DNA of 63,344 bases, filler included, from Choristocarpus tenellus KU-1152 (taxonomy: Eukaryota; Protista; Phaeophyceae): the NCBI GenBank assembly GCA_964200185.2. It is 8 parts of 8 records of this genome, joined end to end, with 100 filler letters (N's around TTAATTAATTAA, not from the genome) between each part and the next. Parts side by side here need not be neighbours in the genome. Positions count along the whole stretch, not along the records: positions 52,912 to 58,560 come from CAXNAD020010139.1; positions 58,661 to 63,344 come from CAXNAD020013475.1; 6 more parts are not named here. One strand, written 5' to 3'. The notes under the pieces were generated by a model that did no database searches, was not told where the DNA came from, and was given only the letters and a program-made list of their open reading frames with translations. The position numbers and the translations under genes were made by a program. Shown piece by piece: positions 55,540 to 63,344 of this stretch. Position 1 is the stretch's first letter, and the number at the start of each line of letters is the position of its first letter.

Positions 55540-57492
55540 CTACCTCTGATCCGTAAGTCTGTGCCGCGTTGTCCATAACTTTTGAAGATGATGAAATTCA
55601 TTTCTGAAAGAAGATTTGGAATCCTTGACGAATTTCTGGTTAGGGTCAGCTCTTTTTATTGTCATTACTCCCCATCCATCACAATTTTATCAGCCACAGG
55701 AAAAGCCTTCATGTCTACCTTCAGTGTGTTTTCAAGCACACCAGACAACTGTATCTTCCTTACCCCTGTGTGCTCCACACTGAAGTCATTCCCCCCTTTG
55801 TATATAAGTACTTGATTGTACACCACAAAAACGAGGTGCCAAGCCCTCTCAAGTGCGGTTACATCATACTCCTCACACTGTTTCTTAATGACCTATCACC
55901 ATCTACTCAACGGACCCAAACCGCTCCCCCATCACCCGGCATTTCAAAGACCTGAAGAAGCACTGGTCCATGATGTTGAGGTGGGGGGAGTTGATGTCTG
56001 CATCACAAGCCTAATCGACCACCCCTCAATCTTCCCTGCCCCTCACAAGATTTCTGAGTTGCCCTTGCCCGTGTGGGGAGTGGCACCGTCTTGCCGAACG
56101 ACAACATGATTCCCCTGCAACCGATGCGTCTTGGTCTTGATCGCAGGCAGTAACTCCTCCGTGTACCACTTCCTGTACCAAAAATGGTCTAAAGTACAGT
56201 CCTGCTCATACACATCCCCCCTTTTTATGGTTTTTGCTTATCCTGTCTGCCGTTTTTGGTGCACACACACGCCAAACACCAAGCTTTCCATCAAAGCTGT
56301 GAGCCGGATCTGGACAGGCGTTGGCTGCAATGATCATGGGTTTTGGGATCTGACTCTTTTGCTGCACAGTAGGGGATCCTGGAAGGTTAGCGACCTCGTG
56401 TGAAATACTCTAACCCTTTCCCCATCAGCCATCACGTAAAACCAGGTTTCATCCGCATGGATCGAGTTCGCCATGAAGGCATACACACCGCATTTCTGGT
56501 CCACTTGATCGCAAATATAGTCCATTCTCCATGCCTTTTGTCACAATTTAAGCTTAGGTTTGATCCAGCGGCGATTCGGCATGACCCCCATATCATCCAA
56601 CCACCTGTTTATGGTGCTCATGCTATAATTCAGTCCCTTGGTGGCCATCTTCATTGTCACCTGAAGCACTTTGGGATGACTGATTATCGGAGTTGATACT
56701 ATGTATTGTGACCATCTTGATCGGTATGAGAGTGAAAGTATCTTAGAGGGTACGAGTTTTGCCCTGTTTGTCCATTTGGGGCTTGGCCTCCCATGGGTTT
56801 TTTTATTACGTTTTCCTGCTCCAAAATGTTTCAGAGTAGGTAGAATGTGTACGTTATGAAAAGGTGTGTCCAGAACAAGGATATTGATACTTCCTAACAA
56901 ACGCGATAGCCAAAATTACATCAAAACCGCAACATGAGATTTTGACCCCCAAATGGACGCGGCCCTACCCCCTAAGATACTTCGGCTCACGAGCTCCAAA
57001 GGCCGCCCACTACGTGCCGCTACCCCTAGGTCAAGCTTGTGGCCACGGGCAAGCTGATGGGCGAAATCCTCCCAGAGCCCTCGCATGTTATGCTCGGACA
57101 CTCCAAACCCTGCCGCGAGGGTTGGCCCAATGTGTCACGGCAGTTTATGCTCACCAAGGACCATCGCGAGGGCGTGCCGCACTGCAAGCAGAACCCTGGT
57201 ATTCAGGGACACTTGGGCACTTTCCTACGTGGAAGGGTCGCCAGGGGGGTTGCCATGCCTACGTTCTGACCCTCAACGTGCCCAGATCTGGCCTCAAAAT
57301 TACCTCAAAAGACCCCTACTTTGACGACTTGAAGCACCGCGAGTTTGTACCTGATGATCCTCGACTCCCAACTTTTCTGAAAGCTGAGATTGTCAACCCG
57401 ATTTTATTCTGTGGGGTCATCGTCCGATTCGGCGCCTTTCTTGCTCGGTGAGCCCATATGTTTCGCGGCACAAACTTATGGCACAGAGGTAG
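55540..57492 (-). mobile_element. Full-length decayed Tc1/mariner (DD39D/plant-mariner-like) transposon
   Basis: TIRs are ta|ctacctctgatccgtaagtctgtgccgcg and cgcggcacaaacttatggcacagaggtag|ta, with a TA TSD and a Stowaway-like terminus. Transposase motifs: RSGRP, IKPKL, IHADETWFY, FDGKLGVW, VVRQDGATPH, LNIMDQCFFRSL, GGNDF. Stops, frameshifts and a nested MITE inactivate it. Confidence 0.92.
56730..56988. mobile_element. MITE family A nested in the mariner transposase; TSD ATGA/ACGA
   Basis: atga|gagtgaaagtatcttagagggta...taccccctaagatacttcggctc|acga. Confidence 0.92.
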
Positions 57493-58080
57493 TACTTTTT
57501 GCTAGCAGTATTATGAATCACCCCCAAAAGTAACACCCCATGTAATGTGTATATTTTTCGTATGAATTCCCTTTCCTGGCCATTTCGAGATGTATACCAG
57601 TAACTATTAGTACTCTTTGTTGTAGAATAGCGTTTGTACATGATGTCATCAAAGCATATCGGTTTATCCTTGTTTTTCATAACTCGATTTGAAAGATATC
57701 ACAAAGTAGTACTTATTATGTATATTATTGTGCCTCTGAAATTTTGCAGATCTGTCAGGAAAAAAGTCAAACCAATATCACAAGGACCCCCGTAAAAGGA
57801 ACGGATCTCATTGATTTAAAATATATCTCTCAAAACACTAGTTACTACATGACTACCAGTTATACAATAACACTTCCTTAAAGGCTTGTAACTTCAATGT
57901 ATACATTGCTGCTATACCTCCAACTAGCTTAGCCCTACACACCTGGGCGAAGAGGTAGGAAAGCATCCCAAGAATCTGACAGGGCCCCGTTCTGGTCCAT
58001 CTGTCCTGTGTGTCTACCTTGAAATGCATGATGTGTCTTGAGAGAGGTAACTGTCCAATATGTTTTCATGGAATGAACAA

Positions 58081-58255
58081 GAGTCAAAGTATCTTAGAGG
58101 GTAGAGCCATGTCCATTTGGGGGCCAAACTCCAATGTTGCAATTTTGATGTAAGTTTGGCTATTGTGTTTGTTAGGAAGTGTCTATATCCTTGTTCCAGA
58201 CACACCTTTTTATAACATATACATTTTACCTACTCCGAAACATTTTGGAGTAGGT
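58081..58255. mobile_element. Truncated MITE family A
   Basis: gagtcaaagtatcttagagggtagagccatgtccatttgggg... Confidence 0.88.
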
Positions 58256-58994
58256 AATGTTTGATTAGACTCTTTCAACTCTATCGGACAGTTACGGTAA
58301 AGTATGTATGGAGTAAAGGAACAATCAATTAGTGGTTGCGTTATCAGAACCTTTTACTAGTGATTAGTTGTATGAGAAAAACCCTCATAGAAAAGGAAAT
58401 ATTTCTGATTTTATGGGGTGCTGCATGCCCCACTTAACTTGATCAATCACTCTACAGACACCAAGCAATCTCGCTGGGTTTATCACCTTTATTCTCTTTG
58501 ATGGTTTGGGAGATAATTTAACACACTGACTCAAAGTATCTGGGGGGGGGGGGGGGGGGGNNNNNNNNNNNNNNNNNNNNNNNNNNNNNNNNNNNNNNNN
58601 NNNNTTAATTAATTAANNNNNNNNNNNNNNNNNNNNNNNNNNNNNNNNNNNNNNNNNNNNTGTGGTCAGGGGGGGGGGGGGGGGGGGGGGGGGGTGGCGG
58701 CTGTCCATTTGGGATCAATTTTTCCATGTCACGATTTTGGTGTGATTTGGTTGCATACGTTGGATGGATAATGTAAGTGCACTTTTCCTGGTCATGGCCC
58801 AAAAGAACACCCTGGTGTAGAACCCCGCCCTCCCCCAGATACTTTGAGCCTACTCCAGTACAACACAAAGTAGTATGGTCCAAAGGTACCACAACAGTAT
58901 GGTCCATAGGTACTACCCAGCATAAACTATTACTCTCCCTAAGTACAGTGCGGTTTCACACAGCAAGGGCTTTAACACTTTCAAAAATCGGCAA

Positions 58995-61900
58995 GGGTTA
59001 GGGTTAGTTCCAACGAATAAACATTAGGGTTAGGGTTGACGGTTCAGTCGAACACAACACATAGCGAAGACAGAACATAACTTGAATACATACCATCAAG
59101 TTACATAACCCTAACCCTAACCCTAAGAGTACAAGCCATCGTCCATAAAGTATTACACCAGTAATAACACACCATCAACTTAGCATCAGTCCTATCAGAA
59201 CCGGTGGTCATTGTTCTCCAAGCACAGCATACTAGTACCATAGTCGATACTTCCGGTTCCCACCTCGGACCGCTGTTACCCTCCAAATAAGTTGGGTTCT
59301 CTAGTACCATACTTGATACTTCCGGTTCCCACAAGACAACAAAAAAGGCCAACATGCCTCCTTTCAAGTCCATGGCAACTGTAACACAGAGGACATCAAA
59401 AAATCAGAACATCTACCCCACAGGATCGTAAAAACCTTAACCCTGGCATGTACGGTGGAAGTTCATCTCTGACCCTAACCCTAACCCTAACCCTAACCCT
59501 AGAATATCTCTAGGCATGGTGTACAATAATCTTTGAGCTGATAGGGGGTTTTGGGAGGGGGTGAGGGAAGGGAGGCTGGGAAGAGTGGCCATGTTCTTTG
59601 ACTTCTAAACAGTACAGGGAAGAACTACATCAGAAGAACTACATCAGAGGCTAAACCACGCAACAACCGCTAGGGGTTCGGACCTGGTCTTGAGGTTTCC
59701 CCCCAAGGTGACCAAAGGTTTTCCTGATTTGCTCCTCACAGTCTTCAACTTCCAAGTCACCAATGCAGTACACTATGGCATTGTCCTTCCATCAATGACC
59801 CATGCATGGAGTCAGGGTATGCAGGGTAATGAAGTTGGGTCCAGCGGGTATCACCCAAACACAGACAGTATTGATTAGGGTTAGGGATGAGAAGGTAGGA
59901 CATTGAAGCTGCGTATGTGCAGCAAGTATATTTCGATTTTTAAAAGTATGAAATGAGGAGTATGATGTTAGGGTTAGGGTTAAAAAATGATATTATTATA
60001 ATAGCAGGGTTAGAGATAGGAGTAACATGATCACAAAAATATTGATTGGGGAGGGGGATAAGAGGAGAGGGGCTGCATATACAAAGAGAGACAGAGACAG
60101 TAAAAAAACTGAACAGAAATTTTAAAAAGGATACCAATGGGTACTGTTCCACAAGGGGGGAAACTGCCTACCCAATGAAGAGAAAAAGAAAAGGCACAGA
60201 ATAGTTATCGAAGTGATACCTAACCCTAACCCTAACCCTATCATATACAAAAAGGAACATGAAAAGCTCAATACAACTAAATACCACATGGAAAAAAATA
60301 AAAAAGGGAGATTTTATTTATTTCATTAGAAAAATACTCGCACACAAAACCTTTTTATTATTATTATTATTATTCTTCTTATTATTATTATTATTATATC
60401 CACAATACAAACAACAATTTTTCAAAATATTATGATACCACAAACATGTGTACGTTCCAGTCCCACGAAAACAAGGTCTACTTCTCCTGATCAGAAAAAA
60501 ACACCCTAACCCTACCACTAACTCTGTAATACAAGTTCAGCACTCACAGGGCGGTAGTGTGTCCTGTGGAACTCAAGAACATCCTTGGTGGACCAGCTGC
60601 GGATGAGCTCCTCTTTTCCAATTGGAAACCGTCTACCAGAAAATTGAAAAAAGTAAGTGAGTAATAGTTGAAAATAAGGCTAGACGTTTTTATTTCTCAG
60701 TAGTAGATAAAAATAAAAATGAGGAACGACATAAGAATTTTTGGGGGGGGGACAAAACTTGGAAGGGGTACTGAAACTACCTCCAAAATATGAACTCAGC
60801 TAATCCCAACCCTAACACAAAAAGGTACACCTTAGAGACGCAGATCCTTCGACACTACACTTTGCCCACCACACCAGCTTCACTTGGAGCGATCATGACA
60901 GCATGCTGCCTTCAACCAAGCAAAACACTCAAGAGCCTTCACAACACAACGTTCTATCGAGCCCTAACCCTAACCCTTACACAGATAAGAGTATAAATAC
61001 ACAATACACAGTATCCGTAAGAAATCAAGGGTACTGGACCTCCAAGACTACTAACCCTAACCCTTTCCACACCCAAGTAATACACATCCCCTAACCCTAA
61101 CTCTAATACGTTCAAGTGCTACACGTTTCAAAGCTAACCCTAACCCTAACCCTAACCCTAACCCTAACCCAAACCATGAATGACTGATTACTCTATGTGT
61201 ACAATGAAAGCCAGTTCCACACAAAACCAAATGAAAAAGCCCTAACCCTAACTTGTCTTTCTTTTCTTTTTTTTCACCTGCACAGCTGATTCTCTGCATG
61301 CAAGGCAGACAGTATCTGACACTCCATTCGATAATCAATGGTGTTCACCTGTGACAGCCATGGACACCAACAGTCAAGACCAAAGAGGACACCAACAGTC
61401 AAGACCAAAGAGGACACTAACAGTCAACATCAAAGAGGACACTAACAGTCAACATCAAAGAGGACACTAACAGTCAACATCAAAGAGGACACTAACAGTC
61501 AACATCAAAGAGGACACTAACAGTCAACATCAAAGAGGACACTAACAGTCAAGACCAAAGAGGACACTAACAGTCAACATCAAAGAGGACACTAACAGTC
61601 AAGACCAAAGAGAACACTAACAGTCAAGACCAAAGAGGACACTAACAGTCAACATCAAAGAGGACACTAACAGTCAAGACCAAAGAGGACACTAACAGTT
61701 ACAATGGATCGATAAGAAAAAAAGAAAAAAAGGCTATCGCTACAAACAATTGACATGCCAGATACCCTAACCCTAAGTTACCACACCAGGTATACCTACT
61801 TGATGACACAATATACAGCACTCGATATAAGGTACACCTTTTTCAATGCGTCCAAAAGTTGAATAAGTTGCTAGTACTTTTTCGAGGCGCCATCAGGATA

Positions 61901-62535
61901 TGTCAAAATAAGGTACACTTTCTGAGACAACAAAAATCAACAAGAGATACGCTTCTGTGAACACAATCTAGTGAATCCAACTGGACACGCGTTGTTTACT
62001 TGCTATCAATACTACCATCAATATTACTACTACTGAAACAGATGTACCTTTTCCGAGGCATGACCAGAATCACCCAACACAAGATACCCTTTTCTGGCAC
62101 ATCAAAAATTAACCAATGAAAATACAAATCTTAATATTGTTAGTGCAATTGATAGCATTCAAAACAAGATACACATCTTGCTCTTGACAACATCCCACAC
62201 ACCGGAAGGGATCAGCTAACCCCCGATACCCTCCTTATCTAAGGTGGGCACGTTCTAGATATCACTCACACCAACCAACATAGGGTGTACCTCTATTGCA
62301 ACATAATCTACACTGACAAATAAGGTACACCTCTTCCAACCAATAATAGATACCCTTATATTGCAAGATGATCCACAGACAGTACCCAAGAAAAAGGTTT
62401 ACCTCTTGAAAGACATCACCACTAACAACAGCAGACACACCTACATACTAGTCAAAATCAACCCAACTCTTAATATCTACCAAACATTCAACTGATTTAA
62501 CCCAACCCCAACCCCAACCTTAACCTAACCCTAAT
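58995..62535. repeat. Cluster of short interstitial telomeric (TTAGGG/CCCTAA)n tracts
   Basis: Tracts at ~58995-59036, 59107-59125, 59473-59500, 59876, 59968, 60219-60240, 60962, 61052, 61090, 61135-61170, 61240, 61766 and 62500-62535. Confidence 0.9.
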
Positions 62536-62688
62536 CCTCCCAAGACTTAACATTATTATTTATGGTACAGGAGTCCTCAAAAAATTTCATTTCTCAATGC
62601 CCTATGAATGCCTCTTCCCTCTCACCATGGTCATCTCTGATAGGACTGCTGACCTTTCCTTCTCCAGTCTTGACTCTTCACATACAGC
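59684..62688 (-). CDS. SPP: M16 metallopeptidase, stromal processing peptidase-like (internal exons only)
   Basis: Exons 62688-62626, 61348-61278, 60632-60548 and 59785-~59684 (last donor uncertain) give AVCEESRLEKERSAVLSEMTM|VNTIDYRMECQILSALHAENQLCR|RFPIGKEELIRSWSTKDVLEFHRTHYRP|DNAIVYCIGDL. This matches the SPP segment EKERRAILSE..MNTIEYR..CQ.L..LH.EN.L..RFPIG....FH...Y.P.NA.LY.VGD. Confidence 0.9.
61362..61699. repeat. 25-bp minisatellite, ~13.5 copies, intronic
   Basis: The unit is GGACACTAACAGTCAACATCAAAGA, with AAGACC and CCAA variants. Confidence 0.96.
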
Positions 62689-62830
62689 CTGACATAGTAT
62701 AATACATAGTACATTATATGTGATACATGAAATAGATTTCAATATAATATATGTAATACATGAAATAAACTTTAATAAAATATATGCGATACATGAAATA
62801 GACACAAAACAAACACAGAGTGAAAATATT

Positions 62831-63064
62831 GTGTCAAGACTTGGACACTTCTAACTACTACACAAAAATAGAAATAATATGAAAATACTAAAAAATAATC
62901 ATACAACAAAAAACTTGTAACTAATCAGGTCAAAAAAATCATTGATATCGTGTCAAGACTTGGACACTTCTAACTACTACACAAAAATAGAAATAATATG
63001 AAAATACTAAAAAATAATCATACAACAAAAAACTTGTAACTAATCAGGTCAAAAAAATCATTGA
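62831..63064. repeat. 119-bp-period near-perfect direct duplication
   Basis: gtgtcaagacttggacacttctaactac...caggtcaaaaaaatcattga starts at 62831 and again at 62950. Confidence 0.95.
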
Positions 63065-63344
63065 GATTTTCAAGTACGCAGCACTACCAGCAACAGTCAC
63101 AGGACTTGCATCAATGTCTTCACCCCACACAATACCTTGCTGTTACAAAAACACAAAAAATAAACATAAAAATTCCGTTTGGTGACCCAAAGTATTTGGG
63201 GGGGGGGGGTGGCAGCAGTTATCCATTTGGGGCCCATTTTTCCATGTCGTAATTTTGGTGTGATTTGGTTGCATACGTCGGATGGATAATGAGAGTGCAC
63301 TTTTCCTGGTCAGGGCCCAAATGAATACCCTGGTGTAGAACCCC

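Noticed and set aside
61362-61699. CRISPR-like array
   Set aside because: It is a pure head-to-tail 25-bp tandem repeat inside an intron.
1-63344. Functional clustering of GSA, FCBP, AP2 and SPP genes; most short ORFs in the track
   Set aside because: The genes lie on different contigs joined artificially. Most listed ORFs are chance frames in introns or repeats.

Overview
This is eukaryotic DNA, most likely from a photosynthetic stramenopile (brown-alga-like): genes are intron-rich GT-AG, one carries a bipartite plastid presequence, and TTAGGG repeats are common. The window is 8 contigs joined by artificial 100-nt N/TTAATTAATTAA linkers, so adjacency across linkers is not biological. Four spliced genes can be rebuilt exon by exon: (1) the 5' part of a plastid glutamate-1-semialdehyde aminomutase; (2) a complete 12-exon, ~527-aa dual-family immunophilin (FKBP-TPR-cyclophilin); (3) a partial AP2-domain protein with a Pro/Gln/Met-rich tail; (4) four internal exons of an M16 stromal-processing-peptidase-like gene. 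The rest is repeat-rich. It holds a full-length decayed DD39D-like mariner (TIRs, TA TSD), two related MITE families whose GAG..CTC-type ends and, in family A, apparent 4-bp TSDs are Sola2-like, a solo LTR inside a 77/78-bp minisatellite, copia/gypsy relics, several minisatellites and many short interstitial telomeric tracts. There is no CRISPR array or prokaryotic system. I cannot confidently claim a new biological system. The best leads are the immunophilin fusion, the Sola-like MITE system, the intronic telomeric tracts and a repeated conserved hairpin.
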